DNA of 64,000 nucleotides from a virus, in IMG/VR virus record IMGVR_UViG_3300027788_001769, positions 32,001-96,000 of that record. One strand, given 5' to 3'. Every line of letters begins with the position of its first letter. The stretch's first letter is position 1. Positions 50,188-60,157 of this stretch are shown in pieces. A program made the position numbers and the translations under genes. The notes beneath the pieces are model-generated. The model worked only from the letters and a program-made list of their open reading frames with translations, did no database searches and was not told the DNA's origin.

Positions 50188-51006
50188 ATGAAGGAGATTT
50201 TAGAAGATAAGTTTGATTTAAAGTTTAATGGTAAAATAAATCCGTTTAAGTACTTTTTCGGTCATGTGATTAGTACTATAGAAACTGAAGATTCTTTAGA
50301 CAAGTACGCGAAACATAATTTTAATGGAATGCACTCCATGTCTAATCCAGGTAAAGCTAGACACACAATAGGGTTGTTAAATGAATTAAATTATAAAGGA
50401 AAAAAACATATTGACATTGGAGCTAGTAGAGGAGTTTTGGTTAAGCTTTTACAAAATGAAGGATATGAAAGTTATGGTTTAGACGGGTGTAGATATGGTT
50501 TAGATAAGAAAAACGGGTTAGACATTTCTATGGAAAATTATGTTGTTTGTGACATAACTAAATTTGATTTTAGAGTGTTAGATTTAAAAAAATACTTTGA
50601 TGTGTCTACTGCTTTTGAGATTACAGAACACATACACGAAAAAGACATTAAAACTTTTTACGATAATGTTTCCTACATCTCTAAAGAACACATATGTTCT
50701 ATCCATACTGGTGGAGTAGACTCAACTATGGGACATACTACTAACCACCATAATGTTAAATCTACTGAATGGTGGTTGGAGTTTTTGTCTAATTACGGGA
50801 CCGTGGAATTAGTTCCTGAGTTTAACAAACCTATACCAGCGGATATTAAAATTTCAGAAGGCACACAGTCAACTGAAGAACGTATTATGAAAACTTATAG
50901 GGATTTACTTGCGAAACATGGAATACCAGAAATGGCGGCTGGACAAGTTATGATGGGAGCTGGTGTATGGGGTGAATCAGAATTTGTTAAAGTAGTATTT
51001 AAATAA
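50188..51006 (+). CDS. Class I SAM-dependent methyltransferase
   Basis: IDIGASRG, FDVSTAFEITEHI, HHNVK..WW. Confidence 0.8.
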   Translation: MKEILEDKFDLKFNGKINPFKYFFGHVISTIETEDSLDKYAKHNFNGMHSMSNPGKARHTIGLLNELNYKGKKHIDIGASRGVLVKLLQNEGYESYGLDGCRYGLDKKNGLDISMENYVVCDITKFDFRVLDLKKYFDVSTAFEITEHIHEKDIKTFYDNVSYISKEHICSIHTGGVDSTMGHTTNHHNVKSTEWWLEFLSNYGTVELVPEFNKPIPADIKISEGTQSTEERIMKTYRDLLAKHGIPEMAAGQVMMGAGVWGESEFVKVVFK

Positions 51007-51082
51007 CATAAACATTTTCGTATCATAAAGTTAGTATAAGTTACTATAAAGTGATAAGAATAAAAAATAAATAAATTAAGAA

Positions 51083-51874
51083 ATGAAAATAGGAATTATA
51101 GGTGTAGGAATTATAGGTGGAGCGTGTAAGTATGGTTTTGAAAAATTAGGACATAAAGTAATTTGTCATGACATAGCATTAGATACTAACATTGAGGATG
51201 TTTTAGATACACAGATTACTTACATTTGTGTACCTACCCCTTCAGATGAAGATGGGTCTTGTAACACCTCTATTGTTGAAAGTGTGGTGCATGAATTACA
51301 CGGGTTAGGGTATTCTGGTATAGTAGCCATTAAATCTACAGTTAAACCTACCACAACAGAAAAATTAATAAAAGAAACTGGTATGGAAATTTGTTTTGTA
51401 CCTGAATTCTTAAGAGAAAGATGTTCTATTTCAGATTTTACTGAAAACCATGACTTATTGGCTATAGGGACCTATTCACAGACAACTTATGAAATGGTAA
51501 AGTTATGTCATGGTAATTACCCCAAAAACCATTCACACCTAACACCAACAGAGGCAGAACTTCTAAAATATTATTCAAATGTAATTAACGCGTTAAAGGT
51601 TGTTTTTGCAAATGAAATGTATGAAATTTGTAAAACTGTAGGGGCAGATTACACACAAATAAAAGAAACATTTATTAAACGAGGCACAACAAAAGACTTG
51701 TATTTAGATGTTAACGATAACTTTAGGGGATACGCTGGTATGTGTTTACCTAAGGACACTAAAGCTCTAGATTCTTTTGTTAAAGAATTGGGGTTGGACT
51801 TAAAACTTTTTGAAACTATGGAAAGTGAAAATAATAAATTTAAAAAGACCGTTTTTAGCGGCATGAGACTTTAA
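51083..51874 (+). CDS. ugd: UDP-glucose/GDP-mannose dehydrogenase family (short form without C-terminal domain)
   Basis: GIIGVGIIG, ICVPTP, IKSTV, PEFLRE, GYAGMCLPKD. Confidence 0.85.
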   Translation: MKIGIIGVGIIGGACKYGFEKLGHKVICHDIALDTNIEDVLDTQITYICVPTPSDEDGSCNTSIVESVVHELHGLGYSGIVAIKSTVKPTTTEKLIKETGMEICFVPEFLRERCSISDFTENHDLLAIGTYSQTTYEMVKLCHGNYPKNHSHLTPTEAELLKYYSNVINALKVVFANEMYEICKTVGADYTQIKETFIKRGTTKDLYLDVNDNFRGYAGMCLPKDTKALDSFVKELGLDLKLFETMESENNKFKKTVFSGMRL

Positions 51875-51878
51875 AACT

Positions 51879-52892
51879 ATGAAAATTTTATTAACTGGAA
51901 GCCAAGGATTTATTGGCAGTTACATATGTAACGAATTATTAAAAGAGGGACATCAAGTTGTTGGTGTTGATAATTACTCTAAATATGGTCACGTGGTAAG
52001 ACCACATGATAACCATAAGAACTTTAAATTATATGAAGTAGATGTTTTAAGTGATGAGTTTAATTCTGTGGTGGATGAAGAAAAACCAAACCAGATTATT
52101 GCTGGGGCAGCTATGATTGGTGGAATTTCGTATTTCCATAAATTCGCTTATGATTTATTAGCTACGAATGAAAGGATATTAGCTCAAACATTTGATGCGG
52201 CAATTAAAGGTCATCAGGCCGGTTGGTTAGATAGGATAGTGGTACTTTCAAGTTCTATGGTGTTTGAGGAGACTACGGTTTACCCAACACCTGAAGATGA
52301 AGTAACTAAGTGCCCACCGCCATCATCAACTTACGGATTCCAAAAATTAGCAGTGGAGTACTTCGCTAAAGGAGCTAATGAACAGTATGATTTACCTTAC
52401 ACAATAATACGACCTTTTAATTGTGTTGGTGTTGGTGAGGAGGACTCAATTACTGAACATGCAGTAACAAGTGGAAACATAAAACTTATGATGTCACACG
52501 TTTTACCTGATTTAATCAATAAAATATTAAAAGGACAAGACCCTTTACACGTTTTAGGGTGTGGTGACCAGGTTAGGTGTTACACTAATGGTAAAGATTT
52601 AGCTAGAGGAATTAGAATGGCTATGGAATCAGAAAAAGCTATAAATAATGATTTTAACATATCAACCTCACAAGCTACCAGTGTTCTAGAGTTGGCAGAA
52701 GTAATATGGGGAATTCTAAAACCAGACACCAAATTTAACTATACCTGTGAAACTGGTTATAAATATGACGTACAAAAAAGAGTACCAAATACAGATAAAG
52801 CAAAAGAAATTTTAGGTTTTGAAGCTACAATAGGTTTAGAAGAATCTGTTAGAGAAGTTGTTGAATATATGGTAAAAAAAGAGCACGCATAG
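51879..52892 (+). CDS. NAD-dependent sugar epimerase/dehydratase/decarboxylase (extended SDR)
   Basis: TGSQGFIG, SSSMV, YGFQK, RPFN. Confidence 0.85.
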   Translation: MKILLTGSQGFIGSYICNELLKEGHQVVGVDNYSKYGHVVRPHDNHKNFKLYEVDVLSDEFNSVVDEEKPNQIIAGAAMIGGISYFHKFAYDLLATNERILAQTFDAAIKGHQAGWLDRIVVLSSSMVFEETTVYPTPEDEVTKCPPPSSTYGFQKLAVEYFAKGANEQYDLPYTIIRPFNCVGVGEEDSITEHAVTSGNIKLMMSHVLPDLINKILKGQDPLHVLGCGDQVRCYTNGKDLARGIRMAMESEKAINNDFNISTSQATSVLELAEVIWGILKPDTKFNYTCETGYKYDVQKRVPNTDKAKEILGFEATIGLEESVREVVEYMVKKEHA

Positions 52893-52893
52893 A

Positions 52894-53670
52894 ATGATTA
52901 AAGATTTCACACTTATATGGTCCTTTAGAAATAGATATGAACTTTTAGAACGTTCAATACTAACTGCTCATCAAACATGCCCTAAATGGGTTAACTTTTG
53001 TTTAGTAGATGCAGATTCATCAGAAGATACTATTAAGTCTCTTAGAACCTTTTTAAATACCTTAGAAGGGAGAAAAATTAGAGTGTGTGAGTCTTCATAT
53101 AGAAGTAGTTTAGCTGAAGCTTGGAATTTAGGTATGATGTTGGCATCTACACGATATGTGATTTTTGCTAGTTCAGACATAGAGTTTTTAAAAGAGGAAT
53201 GGTTTAGTGAGCTTTACAGTAATATTGGTGAGGGAATGGAGTATGTTATGTTAGAAAATCATTCGGTTTTTGCGTTAGATAAAAATGTGATTCCAAAAAT
53301 GGGTTGGTTTGATGAAGGTTTTAAAATAGGTCCACATTTCGATACAGATTTTATGGTACGTGGTTCCGAACATGGTGTAAAAATGAGGGTACTCTACCCA
53401 AAGGAAATTCTTTATAGTCATAACGCTTCTGATGATGAATCCACTAAGTCACATCAAGACATTGACGTGAAAGAAAGACAAAAAATGGACTTACCAGATA
53501 GACTACCTATGAATGACCCCTTTAATGAAAATTATTTTAAAGAAAAATGGATGTCAGCCTGGAATGGTTGGTCTGAGGGTGTACACCCACCTAACCACAT
53601 CAATCAAGCAAAAAGAATGATAGAAGAAAAAGACCCTCATCCACTATACTCCAAAAAGTACATTTACTAA
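52894..53670 (+). CDS. GT2-like glycosyltransferase
   Basis: VDADS, AWNLG, SSDIE, GWFDEGF. Confidence 0.65.
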   Translation: MIKDFTLIWSFRNRYELLERSILTAHQTCPKWVNFCLVDADSSEDTIKSLRTFLNTLEGRKIRVCESSYRSSLAEAWNLGMMLASTRYVIFASSDIEFLKEEWFSELYSNIGEGMEYVMLENHSVFALDKNVIPKMGWFDEGFKIGPHFDTDFMVRGSEHGVKMRVLYPKEILYSHNASDDESTKSHQDIDVKERQKMDLPDRLPMNDPFNENYFKEKWMSAWNGWSEGVHPPNHINQAKRMIEEKDPHPLYSKKYIY

Positions 53671-53704
53671 CTTATAAAAATTAGATATTATTAAAAAAAA
53701 AGAT

Positions 53705-54061
53705 ATGATAGGAACAGAACTAGACAAATACATTCAACAAAAAGTAAAAGAAGTTTTGGACAATAATAAATTTCCAGAATATGATGATATCCATAGTGAT
53801 ACTTTTTCAGAATTAATAGACAAATTAACAATAGTCCATATCAGATTATGGTACTTAGAAGACGCGACTAATGAAGAAACAGACCCAAATAAGGTAGCAG
53901 AATTAAAAAGAAAGGCGGACATTACTTTTAAAGAAAAACGTCCTATGCTAGTAAAGTCATTAGATAAAATGATTGTAAATTTATGTAATGGCAAATTTAA
54001 CCCAACAGTAGAAAATCCTAAATTATATAAAGGATATAAAGAAGAAAATGAAACTAAGTAA
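53705..54061 (+). CDS. DUF4254-like helical protein
   Basis: TFSELIDKLTIVHIRLWYLED. Confidence 0.6.
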   Translation: MIGTELDKYIQQKVKEVLDNNKFPEYDDIHSDTFSELIDKLTIVHIRLWYLEDATNEETDPNKVAELKRKADITFKEKRPMLVKSLDKMIVNLCNGKFNPTVENPKLYKGYKEENETK

Positions 54062-55019
54062 AGATTCAAAAATATATGTCGCTGGACATAGTGGTTTTTT
54101 GGGTAGTAGATTATACAAGAAATTAATCACTGATGGATACACTAAAGTTTATGCTTTTGATAGAAATGAACTAGACCTTACAAGTCAGGCTGACACTTTA
54201 AATCTATTTAAAGAACATGGTTTTGATTTTCTTTTTATTTGTGCCGCTAAATGTGGTGGCCTACAAGCCAATTTAGATGACCCATACGGTCACTTAATGG
54301 ATAATTTAGAAATACAAAATAGTTTAATAGAAGCATCCATTAAAACAAAAGTTAAAAAAGTTTTATTTATAGGTTCAAACTGTATTTATCCAAAAAATGC
54401 TGAACAACCATTTAAAGAAGAGTGTATGCTAGAGTCACCAGTGGAACCTACAAACGAAGGGTATTCCTTAGCTAAAATCGCTGGTTTAAAATTATGTGAA
54501 TATGCTAATAGACTATACGGTAAAAACCACAATAAAGACTTACATTTAACTAGATTTATTTCTTTAATACCTTGTAACATTTATGGGCCACAGGATGATT
54601 TTGATTTACATAATTCACATGTTATGGCTGCACTAGTTAGAAAATTTGTAGAAGCAACAGAACTAAACTCAAGTAAAGTAGAATTATGGGGTAATGGAAA
54701 TACTAGAAGAGAATTTTTGTATGTTGACGATTTAGTAGATTCTATGATTTGGTCTATGTCTAATTTAGAGTACACTGAAAAGTTTTTAAACGTTGGGTCT
54801 GGAATTGATGTGGACATTTTAACATTATCTAATATTATTAAAGATGTGTGTGGGTTTAAGGGTGAAATAGAGTGTGACCTTTCTAAACCCATGGGAATGG
54901 AAAGAAAATGTTTAGATGTGACAAAAATAAACCATCTTGGTTGGTCTACAAAAACTGACCTAAGACAAGGAATTAAAAATACTGTAGAGTATTATAAAAC
55001 AATTAGTAGTAAGTTATGA
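54048..55019 (+). CDS. fcl: GDP-L-fucose synthase / GDP-colitose synthase (Fcl/ColC)
   Basis: YVAGHSGFLG, GSNCIYP, EPTNEGYSLAK, PCNIYGP, SHVMAAL, WGNG..RREFLYVDD. Confidence 0.9.
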   Translation: MKLSKDSKIYVAGHSGFLGSRLYKKLITDGYTKVYAFDRNELDLTSQADTLNLFKEHGFDFLFICAAKCGGLQANLDDPYGHLMDNLEIQNSLIEASIKTKVKKVLFIGSNCIYPKNAEQPFKEECMLESPVEPTNEGYSLAKIAGLKLCEYANRLYGKNHNKDLHLTRFISLIPCNIYGPQDDFDLHNSHVMAALVRKFVEATELNSSKVELWGNGNTRREFLYVDDLVDSMIWSMSNLEYTEKFLNVGSGIDVDILTLSNIIKDVCGFKGEIECDLSKPMGMERKCLDVTKINHLGWSTKTDLRQGIKNTVEYYKTISSKL

Positions 55020-55366
55020 AAATAAGTGATAATATAGAAAATACCATTTTAAATTCTATAGATAACTATGACCAAAGTTATACCTTAGGTAACCCTTTTG
55101 AGGAGTTAATGTCTATGGGTGAATTAGTCGATAGGTTGTCTATTGTTAATTTTAAATTGTATAAATTAAAAGATGAAGTTATGTTACGACCTTCTGATGA
55201 AGAGTTTAAATCTTGGGCATCAGTAGAAGACGTTAAATTAGTTAGAGAAAGAGCTAGATTAAAAAAATGTATAGATGAAAAAGTAATCTCTATGTTTACA
55301 AGATATAAAAGTGGGGATGTCAGTGCTGGTTTTAACCCAGAAGTAAAAAAATATGGAAATGAATAA
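55016..55366 (+). CDS. DUF4254-like helical protein
   Basis: SMGELVDRLSIVNFKLY..ERARLKKCID. Confidence 0.55.
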   Translation: MKISDNIENTILNSIDNYDQSYTLGNPFEELMSMGELVDRLSIVNFKLYKLKDEVMLRPSDEEFKSWASVEDVKLVRERARLKKCIDEKVISMFTRYKSGDVSAGFNPEVKKYGNE

Positions 55367-56315
55367 AAAAGTATTAGTTGTAGGTGGTGCAGGTTATATA
55401 GGTGGGTTGACTAGTGATACATTAATTAGAAATGGTCACGATGTAACCATATACGATAATTTATTATATGAAAATAGATACCTAAAAGACATTAAATTTA
55501 TACATGGTGATATAAGAGACTATAAAAAATTAACTAAGGTATCAGAGGATTTTGATGTCATTGTTTTAATGGCGGCTTTGGTTGGTGACCCAGCCTGTAG
55601 TGTAGACCAAGAATTAACAGAAGTCATAAACTACAAATCAATTAAAAAAGCATGTGAAAGTATTCCCTTAGATAAACACGTTGTGTTTATGTCCACATGT
55701 TCGGTATATGGAGCACAAGATGGTATTTTAGATGAAAGTAGTGAAACAAACCCACTATCTTCTTATGCTAGCACAAAATTAAAGTCTGAAAAATACGTAA
55801 CCAAAAGAGGTGGGACTATCTTTAGATTAGGCACTGTTTTTGGTTTAGGTGACACTTACAGTAGGTTAAGAATGGATTTGGTAGTTAATGTGTTAACTAT
55901 GAAAGCCTTAAAATACGGAAAAATAAATATTAACGGTGGTGAACAGTGGAGACCAATTATTTCAGTTATTGACATAGCTGAATATATAACTGAAGCATGT
56001 GAAAAAGAGTACGATGGAATCTATGTTTTATCCAAAGAAAACGTTATTATAAAACAGTTAGGGGAACGAGTAGCTAAATTAATACCTAACACAGAAATAA
56101 ATTATAGTAAAATATCTTTTCAAGATGCTAGAAACTATAAAGTAGATAATAGTAAATCACTTAGTACCTTCACTTACCAACCAAGGATAACTGTTGAGGA
56201 CGAAGTGGGACGAATGGTTAAGATGTTTGAGGAGTCTAGGATAAAAGACCCTGAAGACTTAGTTTACCATAATGGTGGTTACTTAACTGAATTAAGAAAA
56301 ACAAAAACTTTTTAA
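55353..56315 (+). CDS. NAD-dependent sugar epimerase/dehydratase
   Basis: GGAGYIG, AALVGDPAC, STCSVYG, YASTK, RMDLVVN. Confidence 0.85.
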   Translation: MEMNKKVLVVGGAGYIGGLTSDTLIRNGHDVTIYDNLLYENRYLKDIKFIHGDIRDYKKLTKVSEDFDVIVLMAALVGDPACSVDQELTEVINYKSIKKACESIPLDKHVVFMSTCSVYGAQDGILDESSETNPLSSYASTKLKSEKYVTKRGGTIFRLGTVFGLGDTYSRLRMDLVVNVLTMKALKYGKININGGEQWRPIISVIDIAEYITEACEKEYDGIYVLSKENVIIKQLGERVAKLIPNTEINYSKISFQDARNYKVDNSKSLSTFTYQPRITVEDEVGRMVKMFEESRIKDPEDLVYHNGGYLTELRKTKTF

Positions 56316-56735
56316 ATGAAAGATTCAAAAATAATAGGTGGTGGTGTAGTTGTTGACGATAGGGGTTCTGTATCCTTTGTAAACGAGTTTGACTTTGGTG
56401 GGGTTAAAAGATTCTATCAAGTGGAAAATCACAGAAGTGGTTTTATTAGAGCATGGCATGGACATAAACATGAAGGAAAATATGTTTACGTGACCCAAGG
56501 TAGTGCATTAGTAGGTGTAGTAAATATGGATACCGAAAAAATAGAAAAATTTGTGTTGAGTTCTAAAACACCTAAGATTCTATGGATTCCACCTGGACAC
56601 GCTAATGGATTTAAAAATCTTGAAAAGGACACTAAAATTATTTTCTATTCTACCTCTACTCTTGAAGAAAGTATGGGTGACGATATAAGGTTTGAATATG
56701 ATAAATGGAATATTTGGGATGAAGAATATAGATAA
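56316..56735 (+). CDS. rfbC: RmlC-like cupin (dTDP-4-keto-6-deoxyhexose 3,5-epimerase or isomerase)
   Basis: DDRG, RAWHGH, LWIPPGHANGF. Confidence 0.7.
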   Translation: MKDSKIIGGGVVVDDRGSVSFVNEFDFGGVKRFYQVENHRSGFIRAWHGHKHEGKYVYVTQGSALVGVVNMDTEKIEKFVLSSKTPKILWIPPGHANGFKNLEKDTKIIFYSTSTLEESMGDDIRFEYDKWNIWDEEYR

Positions 56736-56736
56736 A

Positions 56737-57540
56737 ATGAAAGTATTTGTTTTGGGCTCTTCTGGAATGTTAGGTAGATATGTCTCAAAGTACCTATCTA
56801 ACTATTATAACGTTATTAATGTTGGTAGGAATGAATTAGACGCTTCTGACATGTGTGGACTATCTTTTTCTACTTTTTTTAAGAATGTATCTGAAGGTGA
56901 TGTCCTAATAAATTGTATGGGTACCATAAAACCCAGAGTAGACGAATTAGGGATTCAAAACGCTTTAACAGTTAACTCCCTATTTCCACATAAATTAGCT
57001 GATAGTTGTGAACAATATGGGGTAAGAATGATACACCCAACAACAGACTGTGTTTTTACTGGGGATAAAGGTGGATACACTGAAGATGATGAACATGATA
57101 TTACAGACATATATGGTAGAACTAAATCGTTAGGTGAACCTAACAATTGTACTTTAATTAGAACTTCTATAATAGGTGAGGAAATATCCACCTCTAGGTC
57201 TCTGGTTGAGTGGGTAAAATCTGAAAAAGGTAATCACATATTTGGATATACTAACCATTACTGGAACGGCATTACTTGTTTACAATTTGCTAAAATTTGT
57301 ACCGAAATGATTAGTAATGATTTATTTTGGACCGGTTGCAGACACATATTCTCCCCAACACCATTTACCAAAAAAGAATTAGTAGAGACTATAAGTAAAC
57401 ACTACGAACTAAACATAAAAGTAACAGCTAAAGATACTTATAAAAAATGTGACAGGACCCTATCAACAAAACTAGATATCGTTATTGAGGTACCTGAACT
57501 AGATAAACAAATAAGTGAAATGAAAAATTTTATATTATGA
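56737..57540 (+). CDS. rfbD: dTDP-4-dehydrorhamnose reductase
   Basis: LGSSGMLG, TTDCVF, YGRTKSLGE, RTSIIG. Confidence 0.85.
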   Translation: MKVFVLGSSGMLGRYVSKYLSNYYNVINVGRNELDASDMCGLSFSTFFKNVSEGDVLINCMGTIKPRVDELGIQNALTVNSLFPHKLADSCEQYGVRMIHPTTDCVFTGDKGGYTEDDEHDITDIYGRTKSLGEPNNCTLIRTSIIGEEISTSRSLVEWVKSEKGNHIFGYTNHYWNGITCLQFAKICTEMISNDLFWTGCRHIFSPTPFTKKELVETISKHYELNIKVTAKDTYKKCDRTLSTKLDIVIEVPELDKQISEMKNFIL

Positions 57541-58202
57541 TGGCAAAAAACAATTTGGACAAGGCCGCACCAAAAGGGGCAGTTAGATTTTCGATAACTT
57601 TATCGGAAGAACAAAAAAAAGCAAAAGCACAAATTTTAAATCACCCTTACAACTTTGTTGTTGGTAGGGCCGGTAGTGGTAAGACGCTACTAGCTGTTCA
57701 AGTTGCACTGGATATGTTTTTTAAGAAACAAATTAATAGTATTATTATTACTAGACCAACAATATCAACTGAAGACAATGGTTTTTTACCTGGTTCTGAA
57801 CGTGAAAAGATGGAACCGTGGTTAGTACCAATTAGAAGTAATATGAGAAAGGTTTATAATAAACCGGACATATTAGAAAAAATGGAGAGTAGTGAGTCTA
57901 TTGAATTGGTTTCATTGGCTCATTTTAGAGGTAGAACATTTGAGAATGCTGTTGTAATAGTTGACGAATTTCAAAACCTAACAAAAGGGCAATTAGCTAT
58001 GGCTATTGGTAGGTTGGGTAAAAATTCTACGTTAATATTTACCGGGGATTCATACCAGGTAGACCTAAAGGATAAAAATTATTCAGCTATCCACGATTTA
58101 TCAAAAATACAAAACTCAGACTACGTATTTAAAGTGGTTTTAAATGATAGTCATAGGCATGAATCCATAAAAGAATTATTAGAATTATTAAATGGATACT
58201 AA
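57537..58202 (+). CDS. phoH: PhoH-family ATPase
   Basis: GRAGSGKT, ITRP, GFLPG..EKMEPW, RGRTF, DEFQN, GD..QVD. Confidence 0.93.
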   Translation: MMAKNNLDKAAPKGAVRFSITLSEEQKKAKAQILNHPYNFVVGRAGSGKTLLAVQVALDMFFKKQINSIIITRPTISTEDNGFLPGSEREKMEPWLVPIRSNMRKVYNKPDILEKMESSESIELVSLAHFRGRTFENAVVIVDEFQNLTKGQLAMAIGRLGKNSTLIFTGDSYQVDLKDKNYSAIHDLSKIQNSDYVFKVVLNDSHRHESIKELLELLNGY

Positions 58203-58767
58203 AAACATGAAAAGAATTTCTATAAGTATTACTGGTGTCTTAAGAGATATTACAAGTAAATTAATAACTTTAAATAACAAATACAACGAAAGGGAGTTTG
58301 AAGGTGAGTTACCCGATTTAGACTTAGTTAAACATTTAGAGTTTGACTCTGAGGAAGATTTAATTAATTTTATGTATGTGGAATGTCCCCTACAACTTTT
58401 TGGGTACTCTAACGAATTAGAGGAAGGGTCTTTCTACAATTTAAATGAGTTTTACAAAAAATTTAGAGACGAATATGAGATTGTTTTAGTTTCTGAGGAA
58501 ATAGAGAAATCCAAACCAGCTACTCTAGTTTTTCTAGCAAAACATGGTTCGTTAATTGACCGTATAGAATTTTACCCCCTTAATAAATCTGATAAGGTTT
58601 GGGACAAAACGGATATATTTGTTACTAGTGAAGAATTAATATTAAATAAAAAACCAAGTGATAAGACTTCAATAAAATTCAAAAATAAGTATAATAAGGA
58701 TATAAAAAGTGATTTTACAATAAAATCCATAAAGAATCTATCAAAATTAATAGATGAAAATAAATAG
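58192..58767 (+). CDS. Degenerate 5'(3')-deoxyribonucleotidase-like HAD protein
   Basis: ISISITGVLRD aligns with DxDGV motif I but has lost both Asp residues. Confidence 0.45.
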   Translation: MDTKNMKRISISITGVLRDITSKLITLNNKYNEREFEGELPDLDLVKHLEFDSEEDLINFMYVECPLQLFGYSNELEEGSFYNLNEFYKKFRDEYEIVLVSEEIEKSKPATLVFLAKHGSLIDRIEFYPLNKSDKVWDKTDIFVTSEELILNKKPSDKTSIKFKNKYNKDIKSDFTIKSIKNLSKLIDENK

Positions 58768-59065
58768 AAAAGTATTTAATAATAGTTTAAAGAACTTACA
58801 ATTAGATTGTGGTGGAGCAAAAATGACAGTAGATGTACAAGCATTTTTAAACTTAGTCACAATTAACGATAAAGATGAGGAAAATAAATTTGAAATTAAC
58901 GCTCCAAAATATGAGATATATAGACTTATGTTGGAGGTTGTTTTAAGCCACAGTGAAGAGATGGATAACGCTATTAGTTATTTAGCTCTAGAAAAAAAGG
59001 GGTTTGATTTTAAATTAGCGTTTAATACCCTTATCGAAAATAATGTTTTAAAAGAAATAGAATAA
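58754..59065 (+). CDS. Hypothetical protein
   Basis: ORF in operon. Confidence 0.6.
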   Translation: MKINRKVFNNSLKNLQLDCGGAKMTVDVQAFLNLVTINDKDEENKFEINAPKYEIYRLMLEVVLSHSEEMDNAISYLALEKKGFDFKLAFNTLIENNVLKEIE

Positions 59066-59067
59066 AA

Positions 59068-60156
59068 ATGAAAGACGAAGAAAAAATTAAAAATTTAGAG
59101 GAATCTCTAAAATTAGTAAAATCCAAAAAAAGTAAAATTTACTTTTTAACACAGGACACACAAGGTGTTCCTAAAGCATCAGTTGCTGTCATTTATGAAT
59201 ACGTTAAGTTATTAAATGATGCTGGTTATGATGCGTCAATCCTACACGAAAAAGACAATTATAAATTTACTGGAGATGAAAACAGTATGGGTCTTTCTGA
59301 CTGGTTAGGTGAGGAGTACTCATCATTACCACATTCGTCTATCGAAAGCCAACAACTTAAGGTTGGGCCTTCTGATTTCCTAATTGTACCTGAGATGTAT
59401 TCTCATGTTATGGAACAAACTGGTGAGATGTTTTGTACTAAAATAGTACTATGTCAATCTTATGATTACATATTCGAAATGTTACAGCCTGGAGCAAGTT
59501 GGGTTAATTTTGGATTTAATAGAGTAATAACAACATCTAGAATTTCTGGTGAGTATATTAGAGGAATGTTCCCTGGAGCAGAAGTATCTATTATACCTAA
59601 CGCTATTTCAGATAAATTTTCTAAGAGTGACTCTCTACAACCACCTGTTATGTTGATACATACTAGGGAACCTAGAGACACTATGAAAATTGTTAAATCT
59701 TTTTACACTAAGTACCCACAATTTAGATGGATAACATTTAGAGATATGAGAGGAATGTCTACGGATGATTTTGCTAATAATATGAAAGAAGCCTGTGGAG
59801 CTGTATGGGTTGATGATATTTCTGGATTTGGTACTTTCCCACTAGAGTGTATGAAATCAGGTGTTCCAGTAATAGGTAAAATACCTAACTTAAAACCAGA
59901 ATGGTTAGAAGAGGACAATGGTTTTTGGACTTACGATTTTAACTCTATGGTAGATGTTATTAACGCTTTTGTTAAAACTTGGTTGGAGGATTCAGTACCT
60001 GAAACTTTATATGAAAAAATGGATGAAACAGTAGCAAAATATGATAGCACAACTCAAAGCGAAATGTTATTAGAGTATTTTGGTTCACTTTTCCAGGAAA
60101 AAGAAACTGACATATCAAATGCTTTGAATAAATTTACAGAAAAAGAAGAAAAATAA
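59068..60156 (+). CDS. GT-B glycosyltransferase
   Basis: IVPE, SGFGTFPLECMKSGVPVIG. Confidence 0.75.
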   Translation: MKDEEKIKNLEESLKLVKSKKSKIYFLTQDTQGVPKASVAVIYEYVKLLNDAGYDASILHEKDNYKFTGDENSMGLSDWLGEEYSSLPHSSIESQQLKVGPSDFLIVPEMYSHVMEQTGEMFCTKIVLCQSYDYIFEMLQPGASWVNFGFNRVITTSRISGEYIRGMFPGAEVSIIPNAISDKFSKSDSLQPPVMLIHTREPRDTMKIVKSFYTKYPQFRWITFRDMRGMSTDDFANNMKEACGAVWVDDISGFGTFPLECMKSGVPVIGKIPNLKPEWLEEDNGFWTYDFNSMVDVINAFVKTWLEDSVPETLYEKMDETVAKYDSTTQSEMLLEYFGSLFQEKETDISNALNKFTEKEEK

Positions 60157-60157
60157 A

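Noticed and set aside
37640-57540. Interpretation as a bacterial O-antigen locus or host contamination
   Set aside because: Contiguous with phage-type dut, phoH and gp55-like genes, similar composition, and no wzx/wzy/rmlA
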